A DNA stretch of 64,000 nt from Deltaproteobacteria bacterium (GTDB lineage Bacteria; Myxococcota; B64-G9): assembly GCA_016935365.1 (NCBI GenBank), contig JAFGRB010000178.1:389-64388 (forward strand), given 5' to 3'. How positions within the stretch are numbered: the first letter of the stretch is position 1; every line of letters begins with the position of its first letter. The notes beneath the pieces are model-generated. The model did not search any database, was not told where the DNA came from, and saw only the letters and a program-made list of their open reading frames with translations. Of this stretch, positions 53,921-63,900 are shown in pieces. The position numbers and the translations under genes are program-made.

Positions 53921-55689
53921 AGCTCTTTCGCGTGATATCCTTCATGCTCGCCTTCCTGACGGCCGTGCCGGTGGTCGTGGTCGGCATCATCCTGATCGAC
54001 AGCACGGTGGACATCTCCAAGACCTTGACCTGGGAGCTCCAGCAGGAGCGCGCCGACCACGCCAGCCGGCAGATGCGGGCCTTCTTCGAGAACTTCGCCG
54101 ACGACCTCGACCTGCTGGTCTCCAACCTGAGCGTGCGCAGCATGAACCTCCGGGAGCGCCAAGAGCTGCTGTCCTTCATCATGCAGAAGCGGCCCGAGAT
54201 CAACATCATCGCCTTCTACGACGAGCGGTTGCGCCCCTTGCGCAACCTCCTGGCCCTCGACTCCAACCGCATCCTGCCGAGCGAGCTGGCGCTGCACCAG
54301 AAGCGCATCGCGGAGGTGGATCTGGACCAACTCGATCAGTTCGTCTTGGCTTTCTCGGCGCCCTACGCCATCGATCGACAGCCCCGACCCGAGCTGTCCA
54401 TCGAGCGCCGTCAGGAGCGGGTGGTGGCCCTGCTGATGCGCATCTCCGGAGAAGACGCCACCTTCCTGGGCATGGAGCTGCAGCTGACCTCCCTGCAGCA
54501 CATGCTCGATCGCATGCGGATCGGGCTGCGCGGTCAGATGCTCCTGGTCGACGAGCGTTCCCATCCGATCGCCAGGAGCGCTGGCCGGGGCGTGTCCGCC
54601 GAGGACGCCGGGGCGCTGGAAGCCCAGCTCCCGGTCCTGCTGTACGGGCTGGGCGACTCGGCCTCCGCAGCCTCCGTCTCGGGCGCGCGGCCGGCACGGC
54701 TCACGAGCGGCCGGGACGTGCTGGTGGCCTACTCGGCGCTCTCCTGCCCCGACTGGCGCATCCTGTCGGTCGAGCTGCTGGACGACGCCTACCTCGCCTC
54801 TCGCCGGATGACCTGGCACGTGGTCTGGGTGGTCGTCATCAGCCTGGCCGCGGCGCTCGGCCTCGGCGTGCTGTTCGCCTTCGGACTCACCCGGCCGATC
54901 GGAAAGCTCGTGCACGGCTCGCTGGCCATCGCCCGGGGCCGCTTCGGAACCGAGCTCGACATCGAGTCCAGCAACGAGATCGGCGAGCTGGCCCACACCT
55001 TCAACTACATGTCGCGCCAGCTGCTGTACTACGACGACGAGAACAAGAAGCTGGTCGAGTCCTTGCAGCAGGGCTACCTGGAGACCATCCGGGCGCTGGC
55101 CAACTCGATCGACGCCAAGGACCCGTACACCCGCGGCCACTCCGGGCGGGTCACGCGCGTGGCGATCGAGATCGGCAAGGCCCTGGGGCTCCGCGAGGAA
55201 GAGCTGCTGGTGCTGCGCTACGGCGGGATCCTCCACGACATCGGCAAGATCGGCATCCGGGAGGAGATCCTCGGCAAGCGCTCGCAGCTGGATGACGACG
55301 AGCGCACCGTGATGCAGCAGCATCCCGTGATGGGCGAGAAGATCATCGCCCCGATCGACTTCCTGCAACCGGTCCGCCCTCTGGTCCGGCATCACCACGA
55401 GTGGCTGGATGGGAGCGGATACCCGGACGGGCTGGCGGGCGAGGACATCCCCCTCGGGGCCCGGATCCTCGCCGCCGCCGACACCTACGACGCGGTCACC
55501 TCCGAACGCCCCTACCAGAAGGCGGTGGACAACGCCGAGGCCATCCGGATCGTGGAGCGTCTGCGCGGGCGCCAGCTCGACCCGCAGGTCTGCGACGCGC
55601 TCATCGCATACATCCAAAACGAGATCGCCTCCGGCCGCCTGCGCCCCGAGCAGGAGATGGCTGGCTTCGGCGACCCGACCAGAGACTGA
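53917..55689 (+). CDS. Membrane sensor with HAMP and HD-GYP domains (c-di-GMP phosphodiesterase)
   Basis: Two TM helices and periplasmic region, HAMP, HD (HDIGK) ... HHEWLDGSGYP. Confidence 0.8.
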   Translation: MKLFRVISFMLAFLTAVPVVVVGIILIDSTVDISKTLTWELQQERADHASRQMRAFFENFADDLDLLVSNLSVRSMNLRERQELLSFIMQKRPEINIIAFYDERLRPLRNLLALDSNRILPSELALHQKRIAEVDLDQLDQFVLAFSAPYAIDRQPRPELSIERRQERVVALLMRISGEDATFLGMELQLTSLQHMLDRMRIGLRGQMLLVDERSHPIARSAGRGVSAEDAGALEAQLPVLLYGLGDSASAASVSGARPARLTSGRDVLVAYSALSCPDWRILSVELLDDAYLASRRMTWHVVWVVVISLAAALGLGVLFAFGLTRPIGKLVHGSLAIARGRFGTELDIESSNEIGELAHTFNYMSRQLLYYDDENKKLVESLQQGYLETIRALANSIDAKDPYTRGHSGRVTRVAIEIGKALGLREEELLVLRYGGILHDIGKIGIREEILGKRSQLDDDERTVMQQHPVMGEKIIAPIDFLQPVRPLVRHHHEWLDGSGYPDGLAGEDIPLGARILAAADTYDAVTSERPYQKAVDNAEAIRIVERLRGRQLDPQVCDALIAYIQNEIASGRLRPEQEMAGFGDPTRD

Positions 55690-56122
55690 GCCCTAGTGCC
55701 CGAGCCCGCTCGTCACGGGCCAGAGCCAGCCCGCCGAATGGGGCTTCGCGCCGCGCTCTCGGGCGTCTTGGAACCAGGAACTGGGAACCGGGAACCGATT
55801 CGGGTGCAAATCCCAGTTTCCGACCATCGATGGACAACCCGTACAGCAGGCCTTCAATTCAATGGACCGTAGGGCTGGGGTTTATCCCCAGCCGGACGGC
55901 GCCCCGGTCAGCTGCACGGCGGCGGATGAACCGCCGCCCTGATATGGAGGGGGGCGCCTCGCGCCCCCCTCGCCGCCCGGCACAGGTCAGGGCGGCTGTA
56001 CCCCCCGCGGATGGATGGCTTACGCCCTCCATCTGACCTTATGGAGCGCCCCGCTCCATACGGTCTACATTCCTTGCTCAATCGAAGGACCTGAGCAAAC
56101 AGGGATATGCACCCAACCGATT

Positions 56123-56518
56123 CTACCGCTTGCTGTACTGGAAGCGCTTGCGCGCGCCGGGCTGGCCGTACTTCTTGCGCTCCTTGACGCGCGAGTCGCG
56201 GGTGAGCATGCCGGCCTTCTTGAGCACGGAGCGCAGCTGCGGGTTGGCCTCGATCAGCGCCTTGGCGATGCCGTGCCGGATCGCGCCGGCCTGCCCGGCC
56301 AGCCCGCCGCCCGTCACCCGGACCTTGGCGTCGAAACGCCCGGCCGTCTCGGTGAGCGAAAAGGGCTCCTGCATGATCATCTCGAGGGTCGGCCGGCCGA
56401 AGTACTCGTCCACCTCCCGCCGGTTGACCACGATGCGGCCCGTCCCCGGGCGCAGCCAGACCCGGGCGATGGCCGTCTTGCGCTTGCCTGTCGCGTAAAA
56501 TCCCAGCTTCTCGATCAT
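56123..56518 (-). CDS. rpsI: 30S ribosomal protein S9
   Basis: C-terminal ...[17 protein letters not shown]. Confidence 0.95.
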   Translation of the reverse strand: MIEKLGFYATGKRKTAIARVWLRPGTGRIVVNRREVDEYFGRPTLEMIMQEPFSLTETAGRFDAKVRVTGGGLAGQAGAIRHGIAKALIEANPQLRSVLKKAGMLTRDSRVKERKKYGQPGARKRFQYSKR

Positions 56519-56540
56519 CTCCTGCCTCCGCGCTGCTCTG

Positions 56541-56969
56541 CTAGAGCTCCAGCTTCTCCGGCTTCTGGGCCTGGTGGGGATGCTCCGCCGCGGCGTAGAT
56601 CTTCAGCTTGCGGATCATCTGGTTGCCCAGCGTCCCCTTGGGCAGCATGCCGCGCACCGCCCGGCGCACGATCTCGGTCGGCTTGCGCTCGCGCATGACC
56701 GTCGCGCTGCGAACCCGCAGGCCGCCCGGGTAGCCGGAGTAGTCGTAGTAGTTCTTCTGCTCCCACTTCTTGCCGGTCAGCTTCACCTCGGAAGCGTTGA
56801 CCACGATGACGAAGTCGCCGGTGTCCACGTGCGGCGTGTAGTCCGGCTTGCGCTTGCCGCGCAGGATCAAGGCCACCTCGGACGCCATGCGTCCCAGCGG
56901 CTTGTCGCTCGCGTCCACGAGCAGCCAGCGGCGCTTGACCGTCTTCTTGTTGGCGTGGATCGTCTTCAT
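56541..56969 (-). CDS. rplM: 50S ribosomal protein L13
   Basis: [21 protein letters not shown]-terminus. Confidence 0.95.
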   Translation of the reverse strand: MKTIHANKKTVKRRWLLVDASDKPLGRMASEVALILRGKRKPDYTPHVDTGDFVIVVNASEVKLTGKKWEQKNYYDYSGYPGGLRVRSATVMRERKPTEIVRRAVRGMLPKGTLGNQMIRKLKIYAAAEHPHQAQKPEKLEL

Positions 56970-57060
56970 CGCCTGCCGTCCTTCCTCGGGGGAGCCGAAA
57001 AGCCACACTCCGGCCCCAGAGCGGCGAATTTTGGTCCAATCCCGCCGGGATGTCAAGGAT

Positions 57061-57095
57061 AACCTCACCGCGTCACCGCGCCACCGCGCCACCGC
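57061..57095. repeat. 8-bp tandem repeat (T/C)CACCGCG x4
   Basis: tcaccgcg tcaccgcg ccaccgcg ccaccgcg, lying between the truA 3' end and the rplM promoter region. Confidence 0.5.
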
Positions 57096-57105
57096 GCGGC
57101 CCCCG

Positions 57106-57918
57106 TCAGAGCGAGAAGAGATCGCCCCCGGCGGGCCCGGCCTCGCCCTCCACGGCCCGCCGGTAAGCGTCCGGCTCGTAGAAGACCCGCACCAGGCAGA
57201 GGCCCTTGGCCGGCGCGCAGCGCCCGGCCCGGGTCCGGTCCCGGCCGAGCAGCAGCCCGCGCAGGCCCTCCGGCGAGAGCCGCCCCCGGCCCACGTCCAC
57301 GAGCGTGCCGGCCAGGTTGCGGACCATCTGCTTGAGAAAGGCCCGCCCGAGCACATCCAGGGCGAGCAGCGAGCCGTCGCGCACGAGGCCGATCCGGTCG
57401 ATGCGCCGCACAGGGCTCTTCGCCTCGCAGCCCGCGGCCCGAAAGGCCGAGAAGTCGTGCTCGCCCTGGAGATGGGCGCAGGCCCGCTGCATGGACTCCA
57501 GATCGAGCGGAGCGCGGATGTGCCAGCGCTGGCCGCGCCGGAACAGCGGCGGCACCCGGTCGTTGTGGAAGCTGTAGCGGTAGTGCTTGCCGCAGGCGCT
57601 GTGGCGGGGATCGAAGCCCGGCGGCGCGAGCTCGGCCTCGCGCACGACGATGTCGTCGGGCAGCAGGGCATTGAGCCCCTTGCGCACCACCTCCGGGCCG
57701 TGGCGGCCCGGCTCGTCCAGGACCACGACCTGGCCCAGCGCGTGCACGCCGGCGTCGGTCCTGGAGGCGGCCCGCGCCCGCCCGGCCGAGCCGGTGAGGC
57801 GCTCGAAGGCCGCCTCGATCGCCGCCTGGACGCTCGGCCCGTTGGGCTGGACCTGCCAGCCGACGTAGGCGCTGCCGTCGTAGGCGACGAGCAGGCGGAT
57901 GCGTCCGTTGCCTTCCAA
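57106..57918 (-). CDS. truA: tRNA pseudouridine(38-40) synthase
   Basis: [17 protein letters not shown]...RTDAGVHA catalytic Asp region; no ATG present, TTG start inferred. Confidence 0.8.
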   Translation of the reverse strand: MEGNGRIRLLVAYDGSAYVGWQVQPNGPSVQAAIEAAFERLTGSAGRARAASRTDAGVHALGQVVVLDEPGRHGPEVVRKGLNALLPDDIVVREAELAPPGFDPRHSACGKHYRYSFHNDRVPPLFRRGQRWHIRAPLDLESMQRACAHLQGEHDFSAFRAAGCEAKSPVRRIDRIGLVRDGSLLALDVLGRAFLKQMVRNLAGTLVDVGRGRLSPEGLRGLLLGRDRTRAGRCAPAKGLCLVRVFYEPDAYRRAVEGEAGPAGGDLFSL

Positions 57919-57926
57919 GGCCGCGG

Positions 57927-59873
57927 TCAGAACTCCATCATCAGGCCGAACATGAAGGTCTCGTCGCCCACGTCGAAGTGGCTGCCGCCGAAGCCGTCCA
58001 CCCAGGACAGGGCGAACTCGGCGAAGAGATAGGTGTTGATGATGCCGACGCTCGTCTCGAGGTGCATGGCGGCCTCGTCGTCGAGCCAGTCCAGCAGCAG
58101 CTTCAGGCCGGCCGAGAAGTGCAGGCCAAAGATCCCGCCCTGGGCGCTCGAGGTATTGCCCTGGTCGTCGGTGTACTCGGCCACGTCGCCCACCCCGTCG
58201 AGCACCCACCAGAAGTAGTACGACAGCCCGCCCGTGACGTAGGGCACCAGGGGGATGCTCCAGCGCTCGGCCAGCAGGTCGAAGTGGTAGCCCGCGGTCA
58301 GGCGCACGGGGATGAGGTTGAAGACCGTGGTGTCGCTCGACCGGGCGCCCGACTCGGTCCGGCCCTTGCCCACGTACTGGACGAAGCCGATTGTCCCACC
58401 GGCGGTCACGGTCCCGAAGCCGCGCCAGATCTCGTAGTCCAGGCCCAGCTCGAAGAGCATCTGCGAGCTGCCGCCGAAGATGGTCTGGAAGGGCGTCTCG
58501 TCGTTGCCCTCGTCGAAGCCCTCGCTGTCGACGTTGGGATAATATGGGCCGAAGCGGATCTGGAGCTGGAAAGTCGGCTCGGCGCTCGAGGACGCGCGTA
58601 TGGCGCCCGGCATCGGGGGCTCGTCGGCCCGGGCCGCTGGCGGGAAGGCCAGGCCGGCGAGCGCGAAGATCGCGATCAGCGCGCAGGCCCGCCCGCGGAT
58701 CAGCCGGCCGAGCGCGCGCCGCAGCCCGTATGCGAGCAGCCCGAGCAGGCCGAGGGCCAGGCCGAAGAGGAGCCAGCCGCCCGCGCCCAGCCGGTCGAGC
58801 TCGGCCAGGGCCACGGCCGGTACGAGGCCCGCTCGCGCCAGGCTCCGGCACGGCTCGCAGTGCCGGATGGCCCGGGCCCAGCGGGGCCCGAAGCGGTAGT
58901 AGGAAGCCACCAGGCTGCGGCCGCCCTCGGTCTGCGAGAGGGTCTGGTCCCGAAAGCGCCGGAGCGCGCGCACGCTGAGATCGCCGTAGGAGCCGTAGGC
59001 GGCCGTGGCCACGAAGCAGAACCCGCCCGACTCATCGCCGCCCCCGCCGCGGTAGTACTCCCAGAAGTCGTCGACCGGCAGCGGGGTGGCGATCTTGCTG
59101 GCCGAGGGCTCGCTCTCGTTGTAGGCCTCGTCGTAGGCCGCGACCACGAACTCGTAGGCGGTGCCGATGGTCAGGCCGGAGATCTGGGCGTCGGTCGCCT
59201 CGGGGTCGGCCTTCTCCACGAACTGCCAGGCGTCGTCCGAGGCGTCCTCCTCGCGGTAGTAGACGAGGAAGCCGGCCAGGTCCTCGTCGGCCGGCTTCTC
59301 CCAGTACACCTTGATGTTCATGTCCCCCGGCGCGAGCTCGGTCAGCGTGGGCGCGCCCGGGGCCAGGGTGTCGTAGCGCAGCTTCGCCTTGGCGTAATAT
59401 GTATAGTTGTCGGTATTGTAAGGATAAACAATCTGGTCGATCTCGAACTCCCAGCGCGCACAGAAGTAGTAGTCCTGCTGGTTGCCGGCGGCGCAGTCGA
59501 GGCCCGCGATGTCGCTGAGGAAGAAATCCTCTCCGCTCTCGGGGTACTGGCCCTGGCTGAAGCTCAGCCCGATCTCGAGGTCCTCGCCGTTCTCCTCGGT
59601 CTGGCCGATCTCGATCGAGACCGAGGAACAGGTCTCCGAGGTGGACAGGAAGACGTCCGCGCTCTGGGTCTCGACCCAGGTGACCGACTGGCCCTCGGCC
59701 AGGCTGAAGTCGAAGCCGATGGCGAGCTCGTCCGGCGCGGCGCAGTCCGCGATGTTGATGTAGGCCCGGCCCGGGCTGGTCAGATTGCCTTCCATCTCGA
59801 AGGTGTAGTTGGTGGCACGGGCGGGCAGGCCCGCGAGCAGCAGGACCGGGAGCAGGATGCGTGTGGCTCTCAT
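57927..59873 (-). CDS. Secreted modular protein: FN3 domain, conserved GGFCFVATAAYGS...LRRFRD motif, internal hydrophobic/signal-like segment, C-terminal OM beta-barrel
   Basis: Signal peptide MRATRILLPVLLLAGLPARA; ends in the ...FGLMMEF terminal Phe typical of OMPs. Confidence 0.55.
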   Translation of the reverse strand: MRATRILLPVLLLAGLPARATNYTFEMEGNLTSPGRAYINIADCAAPDELAIGFDFSLAEGQSVTWVETQSADVFLSTSETCSSVSIEIGQTEENGEDLEIGLSFSQGQYPESGEDFFLSDIAGLDCAAGNQQDYYFCARWEFEIDQIVYPYNTDNYTYYAKAKLRYDTLAPGAPTLTELAPGDMNIKVYWEKPADEDLAGFLVYYREEDASDDAWQFVEKADPEATDAQISGLTIGTAYEFVVAAYDEAYNESEPSASKIATPLPVDDFWEYYRGGGGDESGGFCFVATAAYGSYGDLSVRALRRFRDQTLSQTEGGRSLVASYYRFGPRWARAIRHCEPCRSLARAGLVPAVALAELDRLGAGGWLLFGLALGLLGLLAYGLRRALGRLIRGRACALIAIFALAGLAFPPAARADEPPMPGAIRASSSAEPTFQLQIRFGPYYPNVDSEGFDEGNDETPFQTIFGGSSQMLFELGLDYEIWRGFGTVTAGGTIGFVQYVGKGRTESGARSSDTTVFNLIPVRLTAGYHFDLLAERWSIPLVPYVTGGLSYYFWWVLDGVGDVAEYTDDQGNTSSAQGGIFGLHFSAGLKLLLDWLDDEAAMHLETSVGIINTYLFAEFALSWVDGFGGSHFDVGDETFMFGLMMEF

Positions 59874-60256
59874 TCTTGCAACGCCTCTCTCTCTTCTGGC
59901 ATTGACTAGCACGCCAGGAGGCGAATACGCAAGCTTTGTGCCAGCCTGCCGCCGCCCGCGATCGACAAAAAGAGCCACACAATCAAATTGTTCCGCGCAA
60001 GAGAGCACGGCCCTGAAAGCGGCCGGCTTGCATTTCTGTCACAAGCTAGCCCCCCGCGCGCAGCCCGGCTGCCAAAATGTCAGGAGCGCTCCGCGCCGCC
60101 GGCGCAGCGCATCGCCTCGCATCGCGGATCGGCCCGTCTGGCAAGGAGGCGACGAGTGCCGCAGCGGAGCAACCTTCCGGTTGTGAGCATCGGCATGATG
60201 GAGCCGACGCGGTCCAGACGGGCCGAGGCGCGATGCGCCCGAGACGCCAGAAGCGT

Positions 60257-61285
60257 CTAAAGGTACTCGCAGATCAAGCTCTCGGCGATCTGGACCGAGT
60301 TCAGCGCCGCGCCCTTGCGCACGTTGTCGGCCACCACCCACAGCGCGAGCCCGGCCGGCACCGAGCCGTCGGCCCGGATGCGGCCCACCAGGACCTCGTC
60401 GCCCGCGGCCGCGTCGATCGGCGTGGGGTAGAGCTCCTGGGCCGCGTCGTCCATCACCTGCACACCTGGGGCGCGCTCGAGCAGCTCGCGGGCGTCCTCG
60501 GCACCGAGCGGCCGCTCGAGCTCGGCGAAGACCGCTTCGGCGTGGCCGTAGAAGACCGGCACGCGCACTGCGGTGGCGCAGACCGCGAGGTCCGGCAGGT
60601 GCAGGATCTTGCGGGTCTCGTCGACCATCTTGCGCTCCTCCCGGGTGTCGCCCTCGGGCAGGAAGACGTCGATGTGCGGCAGGCAGTTGAAGGCGATCTG
60701 GCGGGGGAAACGCTCGGAGACCAGCGCACGCAGGTTGAACAGGTCGATCGACTGCTTCTCGAGCTCGCGGATGCCGCTGCGGCCGGCGCCGCTGACCGAC
60801 TGGTAGGTGGCCACCACGACCCGGCGCAGGCCGGCCGCGTCGTGCAGGGGCTTGAGGGCGACCACCAGCTGGATGGTTGCACAGTTGGGGTTGGCGACGA
60901 TGCCCCGCTCGCTGTAGCCGGCCAGGTCCTCGGGGTTGACCTCGGGCACGACCAGCGGCACGTCGTCCTGCATGCGGAAGGCGCTGGTGTTGTCCACCAC
61001 CACGCAGCCGGCGTCGGCCGCGCAGGGGGCGAAGCGCTCGCTGACCGCGCCGCCCGCGGAGAACAGCGCCAGGTCGAGCCCCTTGAGCGAGCTCTCCTCG
61101 AGGGTCTCGACGGCGATCTCCTCGTCGCAGAACTCGATCCGCTCGCCGCAGGAGCGCTCGGAGGCCAGCAGCCGGAGATCGCGCAGCGGGAAGTCGCGCT
61201 CCTGGAGGATGCGGATCATCTCCCGGCCCACCGCGCCGGTGGCGCCGCAGACGGCGACGCGGTACTTGCGATCCGATCCGCTCAT
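60257..61285 (-). CDS. asd: Aspartate-semialdehyde dehydrogenase
   Basis: VAVCGATGAVG NAD-binding motif and the Cys active-site region. Confidence 0.9.
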   Translation of the reverse strand: MSGSDRKYRVAVCGATGAVGREMIRILQERDFPLRDLRLLASERSCGERIEFCDEEIAVETLEESSLKGLDLALFSAGGAVSERFAPCAADAGCVVVDNTSAFRMQDDVPLVVPEVNPEDLAGYSERGIVANPNCATIQLVVALKPLHDAAGLRRVVVATYQSVSGAGRSGIRELEKQSIDLFNLRALVSERFPRQIAFNCLPHIDVFLPEGDTREERKMVDETRKILHLPDLAVCATAVRVPVFYGHAEAVFAELERPLGAEDARELLERAPGVQVMDDAAQELYPTPIDAAAGDEVLVGRIRADGSVPAGLALWVVADNVRKGAALNSVQIAESLICEYL

Positions 61286-61298
61286 CGCGCTCCCGATC

Positions 61299-61688
61299 TC
61301 AGTCGCTCACCCGAAACGACCAGCGCGCGCCCTGCGGCATGCGGTTGCCGGCCCGGTCCCGCACGCCCGGCTCCAGCACGGCCGCGTAGCTCGCCCCGGC
61401 CTCCAGGGGCGTCAGCACCGTCATGTGGATCATGGCCTGGGCCTTGTCGCAACTCACGTTGCCGAAGAGGCTGTCCACGCCCGAGACGAGGTGGAGGATC
61501 TCGCCGTGGGACGAGCTGCAGTCGATCGGCTCGTCGAACCAGACCCGCACGGCCGGCTCGCGCGCGACACCCTCGGCGCCATCGGCCGGCTCGGTGCGCG
61601 CGACGGCCGGCGGGGCCGTATCCGGCCCCTCGGAGGCCTGCCCGCAGGCGAGGAGCAGGCAGCCGAGCGAGATCCAGGCAAAGCGCAT
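61299..61688 (-). CDS. Ig-like (SbsA/Big) domain lipoprotein
   Basis: Lipobox LLLACG; Ig-like beta domain. Confidence 0.5.
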   Translation of the reverse strand: MRFAWISLGCLLLACGQASEGPDTAPPAVARTEPADGAEGVAREPAVRVWFDEPIDCSSSHGEILHLVSGVDSLFGNVSCDKAQAMIHMTVLTPLEAGASYAAVLEPGVRDRAGNRMPQGARWSFRVSD

Positions 61689-61696
61689 GCGAACGC

Positions 61697-62497
61697 CTAC
61701 TGGACGCCGCCCAGGATGATGGGCAGGCCGTCCTTGCCCGAGCCGACGATGACCACCTTGGCGTTCTGGCTCTTGGCGAGCTTCTCGGTGGCCTCGATGC
61801 CCATGTAGCGCAGCCAGATGTCGTTGATGCTCTCGGTGATGATCCGGTTGCGCCTGGCGATGCCCTCGGCCTCGATGCGCTTGCGCTCGGCCTCCTGGCG
61901 CTCCTTGTTGAGGGTGAACTCCATCTTGAGCGCCTTCTGCTCCTCCTCGAGCTTCTCGTTGATGGCCACCTTGAGCTTCTGGGGCAGGTCGACGTTGCGC
62001 ACCAGGATGGCCTCCAGCAGGACCGGGCGGCCCTTGATGCGCGCGGTGACCTCCTTGAAGATGTCCTGCTCGACCTCCAGGCGCTTGGTGGAGTAGATCT
62101 CCTCCGGCGCGTACTGGCCGCCCACCTCCCGGGCGACCGAGCGGATCGAGGGCGCCATCAGCACGTCGTAGTAGTCGGGCCCCAGGGTCGTGTGGAGCTT
62201 GTACAGGTCGTCGGCCAGGGCCCGGTAGCGCACCGAGGTCTCCAGCTTGATGCTCAGGCCGTTCTTGGCCAGCACGTGCAGGTCCTCGTTGCGGTCCTGC
62301 GTGCGCACGTCGTAGGTGTACATCTTGTTCCACGGCGCGACGAAGTACCAGCCCTCTCCATAGGAATCCTCCTGGGTCCCGCTCCAGGCAGTCCACAGCA
62401 CCCCGCTCTGGCCCGACTCCACCTTGGCGCAGCCGGCCAGGCCCGAGACGGCCAGCAGCGCGAGGCAAGCGATGGCGGCCGATGTCCCGTGTCGCAT
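61697..62497 (-). CDS. SPFH/band-7 (prohibitin/HflC-like) lipoprotein
   Basis: Lipobox LAGC; SPFH domain with a coiled-coil tail. Confidence 0.7.
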   Translation of the reverse strand: MRHGTSAAIACLALLAVSGLAGCAKVESGQSGVLWTAWSGTQEDSYGEGWYFVAPWNKMYTYDVRTQDRNEDLHVLAKNGLSIKLETSVRYRALADDLYKLHTTLGPDYYDVLMAPSIRSVAREVGGQYAPEEIYSTKRLEVEQDIFKEVTARIKGRPVLLEAILVRNVDLPQKLKVAINEKLEEEQKALKMEFTLNKERQEAERKRIEAEGIARRNRIITESINDIWLRYMGIEATEKLAKSQNAKVVIVGSGKDGLPIILGGVQ

Positions 62498-62616
62498 GGA
62501 TCCGTCCTCCCTTCCGGGCGCCCCAGAGCGCCCTGTCTGAGCAGGGGCGACCATAGCACCGCCGGACGGGTCTTGTAAACGTGGAAGCCGCGGGGCGGAC
62601 GTGCGAGCATGGGCGC

Positions 62617-63804
62617 ATGCGATACCTCGACGATCGAAGGCCCGCCGCGCTCCTCGTCCCGCTCGCCCTGCTCGCCGCCCTGGCCTGCAGCCGGCAGGCC
62701 GCCGAGCGCCCGGATGTGGACGAGGCCATGGCGGCCCGCAAGCTGATGCTCGAGCTTTCCGATCCCGGCCCCTTCGATCTCGACGCGGCCGGGGCGAGCC
62801 GCTTCGCCGCCCTGTCGCTCGCGTGCACCGAGCGGGCCTGGCCCAACAAGCCCTCCCACGTCTACGAGGCGGAGGCCGAGCTGCGCCCGCCGGCCGAGCT
62901 CACCCCGGCCTTCTTCGGCTGCTTCGACTGGCACTCGGCGGTCCACGGCCACTGGGCCATGGCCCGGCTGCTCGGCCGGGTCGAGGGCCTGCGCGAGGCG
63001 GACGCGATCCGCGCGCGGCTCGACGCCCACCTGACGCCCGAGCGCCTGGCGCGCGAGCGGGACTTCCTCGCCCTCGAGCGCAGCCTTACCTTCGAGCGGC
63101 CCTACGGCTGGGGCTGGCTCTTCCGCCTGCACGCCGAGCTCGCGTCACACCCCGATCCGGACTTCAAGCGCTGGGCTGCCGCCGCGCGGCCGCTCTACGA
63201 CCTGCTGGCGGCGCGCTTTCGAGACTACCTTTCACGGCTGAGCGCGCCGGTGCGCGCGGGCACCCACCCCAACACCGCCTTCGCCATGAGCCACGCCCTG
63301 GACGCGGCCCGCAGCACGGGCGACGAGGAGCTCGCGCGCGCGGTCGCGCAGCGGGCCCGGGACTTCTTCCTGGCGGACCGGAGCTGCCCGCTCGGCTACG
63401 AGCCGAGCGGCGAGGACTTCATCTCGCCCTGCCTGGCCGAGGCGGATCTCATGCGCCGGGTGCTCGCGGGCGAGGACTTCGCCCGCTGGCTGTCCGGCTT
63501 TCTGCCGGCCGTGTCCTCGCCGGCCTTCGGCTCGCTCACCCGGCCGCCCGAGGTGCGCGACCGGACAGACCCGCGCATCGGGCACCTGATCGGCCTGGAC
63601 TTCCATCGAGCCTGGTGCCTGCGGGGCATCGCCCGGGCGTTGCCTGCGAGCGACCCGCGCCGGCCGGTCTTCGAGCGCCTGGCCCGCATCCACGCTGCCG
63701 CGGGCCTGGAGCAGATGGAGGGCTCGGGCTACGGCGGCGAGCACTGGTTGGCGAGCTTCGCCATCTACCTGCTGACCGACGCCGGCCTCCGCCCAGCGCT
63801 TTGA
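62617..63804 (+). CDS. DUF2891-family lipoprotein
   Basis: Signal peptide with LAALACS; conserved DUF2891 blocks (FGCFDWHSAVHGHW). Confidence 0.6.
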   Translation: MRYLDDRRPAALLVPLALLAALACSRQAAERPDVDEAMAARKLMLELSDPGPFDLDAAGASRFAALSLACTERAWPNKPSHVYEAEAELRPPAELTPAFFGCFDWHSAVHGHWAMARLLGRVEGLREADAIRARLDAHLTPERLARERDFLALERSLTFERPYGWGWLFRLHAELASHPDPDFKRWAAAARPLYDLLAARFRDYLSRLSAPVRAGTHPNTAFAMSHALDAARSTGDEELARAVAQRARDFFLADRSCPLGYEPSGEDFISPCLAEADLMRRVLAGEDFARWLSGFLPAVSSPAFGSLTRPPEVRDRTDPRIGHLIGLDFHRAWCLRGIARALPASDPRRPVFERLARIHAAAGLEQMEGSGYGGEHWLASFAIYLLTDAGLRPAL

Positions 63805-63850
63805 GGCGTCCGCGCGGCTGCTCGACGCCGCGCTCTTGTACAAGGCGGCT

Positions 63851-63900
63851 CCCACTTCTCCGCTGCGAAGCAGCGGGGGGATATAGCCTGGGTCTTCAGC
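63851..63900 (-). repeat. Twin-hairpin intergenic repeat, copy B (reverse complement of copy A)
   Basis: CCGCTGCgaaGCAGCGG and CCTGGGTCTTCAG...; ~40/45 nt identical to 32965-33010 in the opposite orientation. Confidence 0.6.

Noticed and set aside
59874-60256. Sigma-54 promoter (TGGCAC-N5-TTGCA) in the 383-bp region upstream of the FN3/OMP gene
   Set aside because: No convincing -24/-12 match found on the correct strand.
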